The notes: generated from the sequence alone by a model not told the origin. 64,000 nucleotides of DNA from an uncultured Pseudomonadota bacterium (GCA_963836235.1 CAWIIP010000002.1:1120001-1184000), one strand, 5' to 3'. Numbered from the stretch's first letter, positions 31,488 through 41,738 are shown. Program-made: numbers and translations.

Positions 31488-32558
31488 TTAAGGCGTGAAT
31501 TTAAAGACTTCATTTGCTACTGAATCCGTCACATAAATATTTTCACCGCTGTCCACCGCGATGCCATTCGGGCTATTCAATAAACCGCCATCATTGAAAA
31601 AAACCGGCGGCACTTGGTTGAACATACCGGCGGTAAATTCCTCGACTTGCTTATTCCCCGTATCCGCGACAAAAAGATTATTGCTGGAATCAAAGGCAAC
31701 ACCCGTTGGATTAATGAATCCAGGAATAACGGAAGTAACATTTCCAGTACCGGTATCAAACGCCAATAGGGTGCTATAACTGCTGCTGTTAACTCCCGCG
31801 CCTTGAGTGGCCAAATAAACCGATCCACCATTTACCGCTAAGCCAGCAAGGGCGACTGGGGCGGTAATTGTTACTGATGCGGAAACAAAGGTGACGGGCG
31901 CGGTTAAGGTAATGGCCCCAAAGCCAGTTGTTACCCCACTGGCGGTCATTTCGACAATCCGGTTATTCGTAGCATCGCTTACATAAATATTTCCACCGCC
32001 GTCCACCGCTATTCCTTTGGGATTCGTAAAGGTAACGGTATTGAGTTGGCCGATAAAGTTGCCTAACCCGTCATATTCAAAAACACCCGCTGCCGCGCTT
32101 CCCAACACGTAAAGAATGGTCCCAGTCGAATTCACCGCTAAACACTGGGGAGAAGAAAAGCCAATAATCCCTTTTCCTTTGCCGCCGTTCCCCCATGAAG
32201 TTACCAGGGTTCCGTTAGAGTTGAATTTCTTGACTTGATTATGGCCGGTATCGGAGACGTAAACAGAACCACTACCATCCACCGCTATTCCCGATGGGGT
32301 ACTCAAACCCGTCCAAGGGGCAACCGTCACATAAGGCGTGGGTGTGGCCGTAACAGTGCTCGTCGCCGTGTTCGTAAATGTGGGCGTGAAAGTAAAAGTC
32401 GGGGTGAAGGTGAGGGTTGGGTTAATGGCCGAAATGCCAACCACCGGTGTTTGAAAATTATCGGGGGAAGACGGGGTTTTCGTTGAGCAGGACAGGCTGA
32501 GGCAAAAGGCCCCAAAGCCCAATGTGAAAAGAGGTAATAAAAACAAAAACTTTTTCAT
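31488..32558 (-). CDS. Lipoprotein with T/P linker and NHL repeats
   Basis: Lipobox 'LSLSC', 'PSGIAVDGSGSVYVSDTGHN', 'PKGIAVDG'. Confidence 0.85.
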   Translation of the reverse strand: MKKFLFLLPLFTLGFGAFCLSLSCSTKTPSSPDNFQTPVVGISAINPTLTFTPTFTFTPTFTNTATSTVTATPTPYVTVAPWTGLSTPSGIAVDGSGSVYVSDTGHNQVKKFNSNGTLVTSWGNGGKGKGIIGFSSPQCLAVNSTGTILYVLGSAAAGVFEYDGLGNFIGQLNTVTFTNPKGIAVDGGGNIYVSDATNNRIVEMTASGVTTGFGAITLTAPVTFVSASVTITAPVALAGLAVNGGSVYLATQGAGVNSSSYSTLLAFDTGTGNVTSVIPGFINPTGVAFDSSNNLFVADTGNKQVEEFTAGMFNQVPPVFFNDGGLLNSPNGIAVDSGENIYVTDSVANEVFKFTP

Positions 32559-32598
32559 TCAGCCCTTCCTCGAAAAATGCCCTCAGGGGCTCGGATAA

Positions 32599-33360
32599 TC
32601 ACTCAAAACCTAAAGTTGTCCCGATTTCAAAAATCAACCCGCTTCCCTCATCACTGGTAGGCGCCCCATTTCCAAATTGGGCCAATTGGTTATATTCGGG
32701 CTGCGAACCCTTAAACTCATCAAAACTGGCCCACCTTTGGTAAGCCCCACCCACAAAAGATAGGTTAGGCGTCAAATAATATTCCGCCCCTATTCCGAGG
32801 TTAAAGCCTAGGCCCGCTAAGGTTAAAGAACTGACATTCCCATATCCGTCAATGGCCGCGTTATTAATCATAATCCAGGGGAAGCTAACGCCAAAATTAA
32901 GGAAAGGTTGAAGTTGCTGTTCGGTGAAAAAATATCTTTTAAAATTAACGTTCACCGAACTATAAGTGGCGGTGCCTTGATATGGCTGGGTTAGATCGAG
33001 GGAACCGCCCGAGGAGGAAGTAAGCGTTCCAGGCCCAAAAGTGGCATTGTGATTGGATTGCCAAAAGCTGAGTTCCCCCGCCCAAGCCTCTTCCCGGTGG
33101 CCAATAAGCACTCCAAACCCAAAATTCTGCGAGAGCGCCGGAATCAGGTCCACCTCATAAGCTGGCGCATCAACCCGGGAATAATTTAATCCGCTGAATT
33201 CCCCGCTGGTATTAACACTCACGGAAGTAACTACAACGCCGATATAAGTCCGGGTATGAAGGTAGTCACTGGGGCTGTCCGCGAAGACCTTTGCCGTGAA
33301 TGAAAAAGCCAGCGATAGAATCGCCAACGAGAGAATCCATGTTTTTCGGACAAGCTTCAT
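32599..33360 (-). CDS. Small outer-membrane beta-barrel protein (paralogue of 29201..30013)
   Basis: 'NFKRYFFT..QPF..GVSFPW', 'GGAYQRW.SFD' shared with the paralogue. Confidence 0.72.
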   Translation of the reverse strand: MKLVRKTWILSLAILSLAFSFTAKVFADSPSDYLHTRTYIGVVVTSVSVNTSGEFSGLNYSRVDAPAYEVDLIPALSQNFGFGVLIGHREEAWAGELSFWQSNHNATFGPGTLTSSSGGSLDLTQPYQGTATYSSVNVNFKRYFFTEQQLQPFLNFGVSFPWIMINNAAIDGYGNVSSLTLAGLGFNLGIGAEYYLTPNLSFVGGAYQRWASFDEFKGSQPEYNQLAQFGNGAPTSDEGSGLIFEIGTTLGFE

Positions 33361-33506
33361 TTAGTCTTCAGACCTCGTTTGCGGTTAGCTGGGCTTTCTT
33401 TGGACGAAACATCCGCCTGATTTGATACGAAGAAAGGCCGGGTTTGACAAGGGCGACATTTTAGCCGATTTATCCGACAGAAAAAGCATTTTCTTAGGGT
33501 TCTCGT

Positions 33507-34220
33507 TTAGGCTTGGAGCTTTTTTCGAGAGCCCCACCAAGCCATTAAAGCGCAAAAACCGCTTAAGGCCAAAAAAGGCCAAAAAGAAAAGGTCCGACTG
33601 CCCAGGGAAAACTTGATATAGAGATAAGGTACCCAAATCGTAATTGCCAAGAAATAAAACTTGGCCGATGCGTTAGCCGCTGGAAGCGAGGGCGGCATTT
33701 CAGGCTTCACCTCCGATTCAAATACTGGTTTTGATGACAATCCTTCCATTTTTAAGTGTCGTACTTCATCATTGATTTTATGAATGGCTTTAACATTCTC
33801 GACAACCACCCCATAAGAAATGGCGAGAGAATAAATATTGATCCCCAAAGCAGCCCAAACCAAAACTTGGTGGACCCAAACCGGAACCGCCCCTACCGAT
33901 ACTCCCCCACCCACTATTGCCGCCACCACTGAAACCAATAAAGCCAGCATCAGCATGGGATAACACCGGTTTTTATAATCCTTGGTCTTTTGGATCCAAT
34001 CAGGATTAAGGCCGTTATCCTTAACGACCTTCTTGATTGATTTCCCGCTATTGATGAAAAAACCAAAGACAAGGCATTGCAGGAAAATAATCAAGAGGGC
34101 CGTGAAACATCCCCAAAGCATGTGTAGCCCGACAGGCAATAGATGAAGATAGGCCATGGCCAGGGTGGCCAAATAAAAAAGAACAATGGTGATACTGACG
34201 CTGGCGAAAACAGTGGGCAT
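33507..34220 (-). CDS. Hypothetical membrane protein
   Basis: Several hydrophobic segments. Confidence 0.65.
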   Translation of the reverse strand: MPTVFASVSITIVLFYLATLAMAYLHLLPVGLHMLWGCFTALLIIFLQCLVFGFFINSGKSIKKVVKDNGLNPDWIQKTKDYKNRCYPMLMLALLVSVVAAIVGGGVSVGAVPVWVHQVLVWAALGINIYSLAISYGVVVENVKAIHKINDEVRHLKMEGLSSKPVFESEVKPEMPPSLPAANASAKFYFLAITIWVPYLYIKFSLGSRTFSFWPFLALSGFCALMAWWGSRKKLQA

Positions 34221-34241
34221 GAGAAAATCCTTGGGTTGCGG

Positions 34242-35327
34242 TTATTTTTTAAACGCGGCTTTCACGGCTGGATGCACGATTTTTCCACGATCAATGTTGA
34301 GGCCATGCTGTATGGCGGGATTATTTTTGACGGCTCGTTGATAACCCCGTCCGGCGATTTCCAAAACAAAAGGTAGGGTTGAATTAGTGAGCGCATAAGT
34401 CGAGGTCATCCCTACCGCGCCGGGAATGTTGGTGACACAATAATGAACAACTCCATGTTTCGTATAAACAGGATGGCTATGCGTCGTTGGCTTTGCCGTT
34501 TCCACGCAACCACCCTGGTCGATGGCCACATCCACGATCACTGAACCCGGTTTCATCCCTCTCACCATTTCCTCCGTTACCAACCGGGGTGCTTTAGCCC
34601 CCTCAATGTAAATCGCCCCGATGAGGAGATCCGCGTCTTTGACTTCTTCCCGGATCACACGGCGGTTAGAAACAAGGGTAATCACGTTTTTGGGAAGGAT
34701 GTCCTCTAAATGCCTTAAGCGGCTGGGATTGATGTCCAATATGGTTACTCTCGCCCCTAGCCCTGCCGCGGTCTTGGCGGCGTTGGCTCCTACCACTCCA
34801 CCTCCGAGGACGACAACCTTGGCTGGCCTGACACCCGCGACCCCGCCTAATAAAATGCCCTTGCCGCCCATGGAGCGTTCCAGGTACTTTGCCCCTTCCT
34901 GGATAGCCATCTTGCCCGCGACTTCGCTCATGGGCGTCAACAAAGGATGTTCACCCGAAGCTAACCGGATCGTCTCGTAAGCGATCGCCACGGATTTGGT
35001 TTTAAGGATGGCCTTTGTCAGTGGCTGGGAAGCGGCAAAATGAAAATAGCAGAAAAGTATTTGGCCGGGGCGAATCAAGGGATATTCGGCGCTTTGGGGT
35101 TCTTTGACTTTAAGGATCATCTGCGCCCGGCGGAACAGTTCTTCTTTACGGACCGATGTTTCGGCTCCCGCGTCCTTGAATTCCACGTCGGAAATGCCGC
35201 TGCCTTGCCCGGCGCCTTTTTCAATAAGGACATGATGCCCCGCCGCCGTTAATTCTTCCACGCCGCCCGGAACAACCCCAACCCGATATTCGTTATCTTT
35301 GATTTCTTTTGGTACGCCGATAATCAA
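34242..35327 (-). CDS. ald: Alanine dehydrogenase
   Basis: 'IIGVPKEIK..EYRV', 'LLTPMSEVAG', 'GGGVVG', 'DVAIDQGGC'; TTG start after RBS gaggag. Confidence 0.96.
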   Translation of the reverse strand: MIIGVPKEIKDNEYRVGVVPGGVEELTAAGHHVLIEKGAGQGSGISDVEFKDAGAETSVRKEELFRRAQMILKVKEPQSAEYPLIRPGQILFCYFHFAASQPLTKAILKTKSVAIAYETIRLASGEHPLLTPMSEVAGKMAIQEGAKYLERSMGGKGILLGGVAGVRPAKVVVLGGGVVGANAAKTAAGLGARVTILDINPSRLRHLEDILPKNVITLVSNRRVIREEVKDADLLIGAIYIEGAKAPRLVTEEMVRGMKPGSVIVDVAIDQGGCVETAKPTTHSHPVYTKHGVVHYCVTNIPGAVGMTSTYALTNSTLPFVLEIAGRGYQRAVKNNPAIQHGLNIDRGKIVHPAVKAAFKK

Positions 35328-35446
35328 CGAAAGTCTCCTCAACGGGGTTGAACGAATCGGCAGAAAAATCCTGGTTTTTCGATTTGACGATTCTTTTAGA
35401 TAGGAAAAAGTTGGTTTAAGACTTTTTCAACAACCTGTTAAAAACA

Positions 35447-35471
35447 AAGGCGGCCCGAAGGCCGCCTTTTT
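35447..35471. terminator. Intrinsic terminator
   Basis: aaaggcggcc-cgaa-ggccgccttttt. Confidence 0.75.
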
Positions 35472-35510
35472 CTAGCTTCAAACCCATTTCAATCAAATCC
35501 GAAATTTCGG

Positions 35511-36239
35511 TTACTGCTTGATCCACTCCACCACGCCGGTGTCCTTGTGATAAATGCAGCCCACAATCTTGAGCACATCTGATTCTTCCAGGTGCCACAG
35601 GATCGTGCTTTGTTCCCGGATATCATGCATGGTATTCAATACATTATTCTTTACGACCGCGTCCACCAGGTCCTGCCCCTCCAACCGCTTGCCGGTCTGG
35701 GCTTCGGTTTGGCTTTGCGTCTCTTCCATCTCGGCCACTCCGGGTTCCAATCGCTTATAGAGGGCCTGTTGGTTGAGAGACCGCCATTCCAACCGGGGAT
35801 GTTCGTACTCCGCGATCGCCTCCCTGAGGGCCGTGCAATCCGTGTGTCCCATCACCACCAGCACCCGACAGTTAAGCTGTTCGGCGCCATACTCAAGACT
35901 GCCCAACAGGACTTTATCGACTATATTGCCCCAAGCCCGGTTCGTGTAAAGTTCCCCCGGTTTAGTGTTGAATACGGCTTCCGGCGGGACATGGGCATCC
36001 GCGCAGCTAACAACCATAATGCGGGGAACATTTCCATGCGTCATGTGGCTCACGTGCCGTTTGTTTCCAGCAATGAGCATCTTCATCGCGTCATCCTGCT
36101 CTTTTTTTATTTCCTTTTGCGCTTGAGTGACTTTCAAATTATCGTCGGTCAGCAAGCCCCCATTCCTTTCTTCGGCCAAAAGAGGCATGGCAAATAAAAT
36201 TAACGCCGAAAAAATCCATTTCGGGTTCAGGATGCGCAT
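35511..36239 (-). CDS. Exported beta-class carbonic anhydrase-like protein
   Basis: Signal peptide; 'SCADAHV', 'GSLEYG', 'GHTDC'. Confidence 0.8.
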   Translation of the reverse strand: MRILNPKWIFSALILFAMPLLAEERNGGLLTDDNLKVTQAQKEIKKEQDDAMKMLIAGNKRHVSHMTHGNVPRIMVVSCADAHVPPEAVFNTKPGELYTNRAWGNIVDKVLLGSLEYGAEQLNCRVLVVMGHTDCTALREAIAEYEHPRLEWRSLNQQALYKRLEPGVAEMEETQSQTEAQTGKRLEGQDLVDAVVKNNVLNTMHDIREQSTILWHLEESDVLKIVGCIYHKDTGVVEWIKQ

Positions 36240-36502
36240 CGTGACCTCCCAACGGGAATATAAAACATTATGCGGTTCTTTCTTCTTCAAGCCTTCGGCC
36301 CCTGAAATGAAAGCCGCATAACTCTCACCACCTTGATCGGGATTTATCCGATGCTTTTAGGAAATGAGAGTAAAAGTATATTCCTTCTTTAAGTCCGGGG
36401 ACAACCTTTTAAAAGGGGATTGGGTCTTCTATTAAATTCCATTCTCTTTGGATATACTTGCGAAATATTCCAAAGTTTCTCATGAAACGAAGGAGAGCGA
36501 GC

Positions 36503-36802
36503 ATGGCCATGATGGAAATCAGCGTTATCCCCTTGGGAACCGGCAAGGTTTCGGTCAGCCCTTATGTGGCCGAAATCTTCAAATACCTTCAAAAACAAAA
36601 AGGCGTCCATTTTGAGTTGAATGGTATGGGAACCACGGTTACGGGTAAGACGGAGAAGCTTTTAAAACTAGCGGCAGCCATGCACAAGATCCCTCTTTCC
36701 AAGGGCGCCAAACGCGTTTACACCGTCATTAAGTTGGACGAACGCAAGGATAAGGACCAACGCCCCATCGATAAAGTGGACTCGGTCCTCAAGAAGCTCT
36801 AA
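36503..36802 (+). CDS. MTH1187/YkoF-like thiamine-binding protein
   Basis: 'EISVIPLG..SVSPYVA', 'MGTTV', 'KLDERKDK'. Confidence 0.85.
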   Translation: MAMMEISVIPLGTGKVSVSPYVAEIFKYLQKQKGVHFELNGMGTTVTGKTEKLLKLAAAMHKIPLSKGAKRVYTVIKLDERKDKDQRPIDKVDSVLKKL

Positions 36803-36890
36803 AATCTCGCACCGCTGAGCTGAAAATTTCAGTCTTTTAAGTTTTTCTTTGCTTCCTTGTCTCTGTCGTTAATTTTTATTGAGGTATTCC

Positions 36891-38171
36891 ATGCTTGATC
36901 CGAAATACGTCCGTGAACATGAAGCCGACGTCCGCAAAGCTTTGGAGAACTGCAAATCCAAGGTGGACCTTTCCCTCTACTTGGACCTGGAGCGCCGCCA
37001 CCGCGACCTGACCATTTCCGTCGACAAACGCAAAGCCCGTTTAAACCAAGCCTCCGAAGAAATGGCGAGGATGAAAAAAGAGGGGAAGGACATTACTCCC
37101 TACCAGTCTAAACTCAAGGAACTCTCGGACGAGATCAAGCAAATGGATGGCGAAATCACGTCTGTCGAGAAAGACTTTCGCGAAATTGAACTCCAGGTTT
37201 GCAACCTTCCCCATGAGAGCGTGCCAGTGGGCGGCGAGGAAGCCAATCAAGAAATCCGTCGGGTAGGCGAGCCCCGCAAGATCGACTTCAAACCCAAGTC
37301 CCACGACGAGTTGGGCGTTTCCCTGGGAATTTTGGATTTCGAGAAAGCCGCCAAGGTATCCGGCGCGAGGTTTTTCAGCCTTTGGGGGATGGGCGCCAAA
37401 CTGGAACGGGCGTTGGTCAATTTCATGCTGGACCTTCACACGGCCAAGGGCTACCAGGAAATGGTAGTTCCCCACTTGGTCAATTACCAGTCCATGGAGA
37501 TGTCCGGCCAGTTTCCCAAGTTCATTGAGCAGGCCTTTGCTATTGAGAAAGATAGTTTTTATTTAATCCCAACAGCTGAAGTCTCGCTGGCGAACCTCCA
37601 TCGGGCAGAAACTTTCGCGACGGGTTCTCTTCCGAAAAAATACATGGCCTTCACCCCCTGCTACCGCCGGGAAGCCGGAAGCTATGGCAAGGACACCAAG
37701 GGCCTTATCCGCCTTCACCAGTTCAATAAGGTGGAGCTGTTCCAATTCGTGGAGCCGGACAAGAGCATGGAAGCGCTGGAAGTATTGGTCGCCGACGCCG
37801 AGGATGTTTTGAAAAAACTGGGGCTTCCTTACCGGGTCGTCGTGCTGGCTACCGGTGACAAGAGCTTCAGCTCGGTCAAGACCTACGATCTGGAAGTATG
37901 GCTGCCCAGCCAGGGCACTTTCCGTGAAATCTCCAGTTGCTCGAACTGCACCGATTTCCAGGCCCGCCGGGGCGGCATCAAGGTCAAGAAAGAGGGCGGT
38001 GGTAAGCCCGAACTGGTCCACACCCTGAATGGATCGGGCCTTGCCGTGGGCCGCACCTGGTTGGCCATCCTGGAAAATTACCAGCAAGCCGACGGGTCCG
38101 TGGTTATTCCCGAGGCTTTGCGCCCTTATATGGGCGGTTTGGATGTCATGAAGCCTTCCAAACAAGCCTAA
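36891..38171 (+). CDS. serS: Serine--tRNA ligase
   Basis: 'LIPTAEV', 'RREAGSYGKD..GLIRLHQF.KVE', 'EISSCSN', 'HTLNGSG'. Confidence 0.98.
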   Translation: MLDPKYVREHEADVRKALENCKSKVDLSLYLDLERRHRDLTISVDKRKARLNQASEEMARMKKEGKDITPYQSKLKELSDEIKQMDGEITSVEKDFREIELQVCNLPHESVPVGGEEANQEIRRVGEPRKIDFKPKSHDELGVSLGILDFEKAAKVSGARFFSLWGMGAKLERALVNFMLDLHTAKGYQEMVVPHLVNYQSMEMSGQFPKFIEQAFAIEKDSFYLIPTAEVSLANLHRAETFATGSLPKKYMAFTPCYRREAGSYGKDTKGLIRLHQFNKVELFQFVEPDKSMEALEVLVADAEDVLKKLGLPYRVVVLATGDKSFSSVKTYDLEVWLPSQGTFREISSCSNCTDFQARRGGIKVKKEGGGKPELVHTLNGSGLAVGRTWLAILENYQQADGSVVIPEALRPYMGGLDVMKPSKQA

Positions 38172-38251
38172 ATCGCCGATTCCTTCCTATAACTTTTTCC
38201 AAAGCCTCTGGTACAATAATCGGCGATTAATACATCACCGGAGGAAACTTC

Positions 38252-38443
38252 GTGGCCGAAAAAATCATCAAATCCCAAACCGTTGAACCCAAAATGAGCA
38301 AAGAAGGCAAAATCACCTTGGGCGTCGGTGTCGGCGTTCTGGTGGCGGGTTATATGTTTTTGGCCACGGGATCCATGACTCTTGCCCCCTTATTAATTAT
38401 TGGTGGGCTGGTCACCGTTGGCGTGGGCATTTACAACCTCTAA
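38252..38443 (+). CDS. Small two-helix membrane protein
   Basis: RBS ggagg before GTG; two hydrophobic segments. Confidence 0.6.
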   Translation: MAEKIIKSQTVEPKMSKEGKITLGVGVGVLVAGYMFLATGSMTLAPLLIIGGLVTVGVGIYNL

Positions 38444-38456
38444 ACCCTAGGACTTC

Positions 38457-38981
38457 ATGCAACCCCAGTTGCCCCAACTCATCCCCAGCGAAATTTGCCT
38501 CGAATGCCCGGTGTGCTGCCGCTTTCCCGAAAAGCAGGCGGCCCTTTCCCCTTTCTTTTTTCCGGAGGAAAGAAGCCAGGCCGAATTCATCAAATCAAGA
38601 GGTTCATTTAGGGAGGCGGCCCAGGGCCAAGCCTCCAAGGCCGAACTCGTGAAGTGCGGGCATGGGTTCGCCTGTTCGTTTTTCAATCCTGAGGATCACA
38701 CGTGCCAGGTTTATGAGGCCCGTCCCCTGGATTGTTCGATGTACCCCGCGGTGATCATGCGCAGTGAGGATCACCGAAAAGTGCTGGTGGGGGCGGATAC
38801 GAAGTGTCCGGCCCTGAAGCGGCCTTTGGTGGCCGCGAAGTTGAAGAATTATTTAGATTCGATTCAGCGATACTTGGAAAGCACAACCCTGTCGTCCCTC
38901 ATTCGAAAATATCCTCAATTTATTAGCGAATTTCAGGAAGAGGTTGTGGAGGTGCGAGAGCTGTCGCTGGGAAAGGTTTAG
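38457..38981 (+). CDS. YkgJ-like CxxCxxCC cysteine-cluster protein
   Basis: 'CLECPVCC', 'CSFF..CQVYEARPLDCSMYP'. Confidence 0.85.
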   Translation: MQPQLPQLIPSEICLECPVCCRFPEKQAALSPFFFPEERSQAEFIKSRGSFREAAQGQASKAELVKCGHGFACSFFNPEDHTCQVYEARPLDCSMYPAVIMRSEDHRKVLVGADTKCPALKRPLVAAKLKNYLDSIQRYLESTTLSSLIRKYPQFISEFQEEVVEVRELSLGKV

Positions 38982-38985
38982 GTTT

Positions 38986-39738
38986 ATGGTCGCCACTTTA
39001 CAAAAGCTGCAACCCCCACGGGCGATGCGGTGGGTGACTCGTTGGAAATGGATTACGATTGTTTTGGTGGCTGTGGCCGTTGGCATTGCCATTCATTTTG
39101 AGCATTGGGCTTTGCGTTTTGTCTTAGTACCGATCCTCTTAGGGGTAGGTTACTGGGCTTTCACCGTTTACCGGCATCGCGGACGCATCGTGGGCGAGGG
39201 TTCCCAGGGCGAGGCTATGGTGGCCAAGGTCTTGGACGAAATGCCGATGGACGCGCGGGTTCTGCATTCCGTCCAGTTTGAATCCGGCGACAAGCCGAGG
39301 GAACTGGATCACTTGCTGATCACCCACAACACCATGTTCGTGATTGAAACTAAGTATTTGCGGGGCCGGATCGCGGGTGAGGCTTTGGACCGGGAATGGA
39401 CCCTGCACAAGCGGGCCCATAAGACCCGTTCCCGCTACAAACGGGGCTTTTACAACCCGCTCAAACAGGTGGCCACGCAGATTTACCATTTGCGCAGCCA
39501 TTTGGAATCCAACCTGTCCCCCCGTTGGGCCCAGGAATGTTCCCAAATTTGGATTCAAGGCGTGGTGGTTTTCGCCCATCCCCAGGGGGACGCCTCCGCC
39601 GTCATCAGCCATGAGCGCGGCGTCGTGGACTTGAACAGCCTTCCGCAGTACCTGGCCAATTACCGGCCGCCTTCACGGGCGCACCGGTTAAGCTACGGCC
39701 TGCGCCGCGAGATCGCGCGGGTCTTGACGGGACAATAA
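38986..39738 (+). CDS. Membrane-anchored NERD nuclease-related domain protein
   Basis: Two TM helices; 'GSQGE', 'ELDHLLI', 'VIETK', 'NPLKQ'. Confidence 0.85.
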   Translation: MVATLQKLQPPRAMRWVTRWKWITIVLVAVAVGIAIHFEHWALRFVLVPILLGVGYWAFTVYRHRGRIVGEGSQGEAMVAKVLDEMPMDARVLHSVQFESGDKPRELDHLLITHNTMFVIETKYLRGRIAGEALDREWTLHKRAHKTRSRYKRGFYNPLKQVATQIYHLRSHLESNLSPRWAQECSQIWIQGVVVFAHPQGDASAVISHERGVVDLNSLPQYLANYRPPSRAHRLSYGLRREIARVLTGQ

Positions 39739-39796
39739 CCAAAGATGTTCCCCGGGCGTTTCACGACTCCCGGGGTTTTATTTTCCGGATAATCCC

Positions 39797-40714
39797 TTGC
39801 CCCTTATCGAGCTTCCAAACGCGAATTTTTTTGACTCGGTGGAACCGCTGGACTCCTGCCGGGAACAGGCATCCGCCCTATTTTCCCCGGCTCCCGCTCT
39901 TTCTTCTTCCCTGCCTTCATTTCTCATGTGGCAGGATGAGTTCGCTTATGCCTTGGCCTCCAAAGAGGGCGTTTATTTCATTGTCGCCTCTTACGATAAA
40001 TACGTTTACTTGCCCGTACCACCTAACCCCTTTACGGCTGAAAATCTCAAAACCGCTTTTGATTACATGGAAAAGGTAAATGGCCCAGGCCCGGGTATTT
40101 CCCGCGTCGAGGGTTTAACCGAAGAACAAAAAAAACAAGCTGAAGAATGGCGCTTCCCCACCAGGCCCACCCTGGTGGAATATCTTTATGACCGTGGTCA
40201 ATTGGCCGGTCTTCATGGCGACGCTTACCGCGCCAAACGGGCTGAGATGAATCATTTATTAAAAGAACAATCCGTTGTCCTCAGGCCTTACCGCAGGGGC
40301 GATTTCAAGGCTTGTGGTGACTTGTTTGAGAACTGGAAAAATCAACGTCTCCCCGTCCTCAAGGGAAAGATGGGTGAAAAGATGCTCCTGTCTTCCCAAA
40401 AGGCGCATTTCCGTGCCTTGCATGAGGGTGATGATTGGGGCATGGATGCCTGGGTGGTCATCCTGGGAAACCGCCTGGCCGCCTACTCCGTGGGGGCTTC
40501 CTTGGATCCCGGCACTTATGGAATCTATATGGAGGTAACAGACTTGACGGTCAAAGGCTTGTCCGCTTATATATTCACCAACATCTGCCGCCAAGTGGAA
40601 TCCTACACTTGGATCAATAGCGGAGACGCTGAAGGGCTTCCCCGGTTGGCCGAATCCAAGCAGCACTGGCATCCAGCCCGGAAAATCCAGCTTTTCGCAA
40701 TTGACCCGAAATAA
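39797..40714 (+). CDS. DUF2156 / aminoacyl-phosphatidylglycerol synthase C-domain-like GNAT protein
   Basis: 'EYLY...LAGLHG..YRAKR..N', 'KGLSAYI', 'IN.GDAEG.P.LAESK..WHP'. Confidence 0.75.
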   Translation: MPLIELPNANFFDSVEPLDSCREQASALFSPAPALSSSLPSFLMWQDEFAYALASKEGVYFIVASYDKYVYLPVPPNPFTAENLKTAFDYMEKVNGPGPGISRVEGLTEEQKKQAEEWRFPTRPTLVEYLYDRGQLAGLHGDAYRAKRAEMNHLLKEQSVVLRPYRRGDFKACGDLFENWKNQRLPVLKGKMGEKMLLSSQKAHFRALHEGDDWGMDAWVVILGNRLAAYSVGASLDPGTYGIYMEVTDLTVKGLSAYIFTNICRQVESYTWINSGDAEGLPRLAESKQHWHPARKIQLFAIDPK

Positions 40715-40729
40715 TAAAGAAGGAGCCCC

Positions 40730-41272
40730 ATGGCTTCACGAATGAACATCAAATTCAAGAAAGACCATTTCCACCGCCTAAAGAACCGGAAGACTCCCGC
40801 TTCCCACCAAAAAAAAGCCGCCGCCAAATCTTCCCACCGGGCCCGCGTGGATTGGCATCAGTATTTCATGAATATCGCCACGGAAGTGGCCAGTCGCTCC
40901 ACCTGTGACCGTAAGCATGTGGGGGCTGTCATCGTGCGGGACAAGACTATTCTCTCCACCGGCTATAACGGAAGCGTTCGGGGCCTTCCCCATTGCGACG
41001 ATCAGGGACACATGATGGAGGATGGCCATTGCGTCGCCACCATCCATGCCGAGGCCAACGCTATCATCCAGGCCGCCAAGAACGGAGTTCGGGTGGATGG
41101 CGCCGATATTTACATCACCGCGTCGCCTTGCTGGAACTGTTTTAAGATCGTGGCTAACGCGGGAATTAAGAACATCTACTATGGGGAATTCTACCGGGAC
41201 GACCGCATCTTCGACGCGGCCAAACAGTTGAAAATGCTGGTCAGCCAGATCAAGATTTCTAAAACCCGCTAA
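40730..41272 (+). CDS. dCMP deaminase (ComEB-like)
   Basis: 'RSTC.RKHVGAV', 'TGYNG', 'HAEANA', 'PCWNC'. Confidence 0.9.
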   Translation: MASRMNIKFKKDHFHRLKNRKTPASHQKKAAAKSSHRARVDWHQYFMNIATEVASRSTCDRKHVGAVIVRDKTILSTGYNGSVRGLPHCDDQGHMMEDGHCVATIHAEANAIIQAAKNGVRVDGADIYITASPCWNCFKIVANAGIKNIYYGEFYRDDRIFDAAKQLKMLVSQIKISKTR

Positions 41273-41276
41273 ATCT

Positions 41277-41738
41277 TCAGCCCGCAACCTTTTCGAGCGC
41301 CTGCCGCGCGTAAAATTTCAGCGGCTTCAACAAGCCCCACTTTGAGTCTTCCAAATCCTTTTCACCGAGCCATTGAATATCTTTGTGTTCCTCGATGTTC
41401 AATTTCACCTCGCCGGACTTCACCCGGGCGAAATAAACCATCCCGATATGCCAGTGCGGTTCTTTAATGAGGTGGATATCCAAGTATTGGGTATTCAGGA
41501 GGGGAATGAACCCCGCTTCCTTTTCCAACGGCGGACGCTCCCCGACCAATTCCACTTCCAAGCCGCTTTCCTCCCACGCCTCCCGGATCGCCGCGTCTTC
41601 CGGGTTTTCATCCAGCTCAATATGCCCCCCGATGGGAAGCCATCGGTTTAATTGTTTATGGAAAATGAAGAGGACTTTCCTGTCCTTGACGATAAAGATG
41701 GAAACGGTGAAATCAATTTTTTCGTGGAGATGGGGCAT
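41277..41738 (-). CDS. NUDIX hydrolase
   Basis: Nudix box 'GGHIELDENPEDAAIREAWEESG'. Confidence 0.92.
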   Translation of the reverse strand: MPHLHEKIDFTVSIFIVKDRKVLFIFHKQLNRWLPIGGHIELDENPEDAAIREAWEESGLEVELVGERPPLEKEAGFIPLLNTQYLDIHLIKEPHWHIGMVYFARVKSGEVKLNIEEHKDIQWLGEKDLEDSKWGLLKPLKFYARQALEKVAG

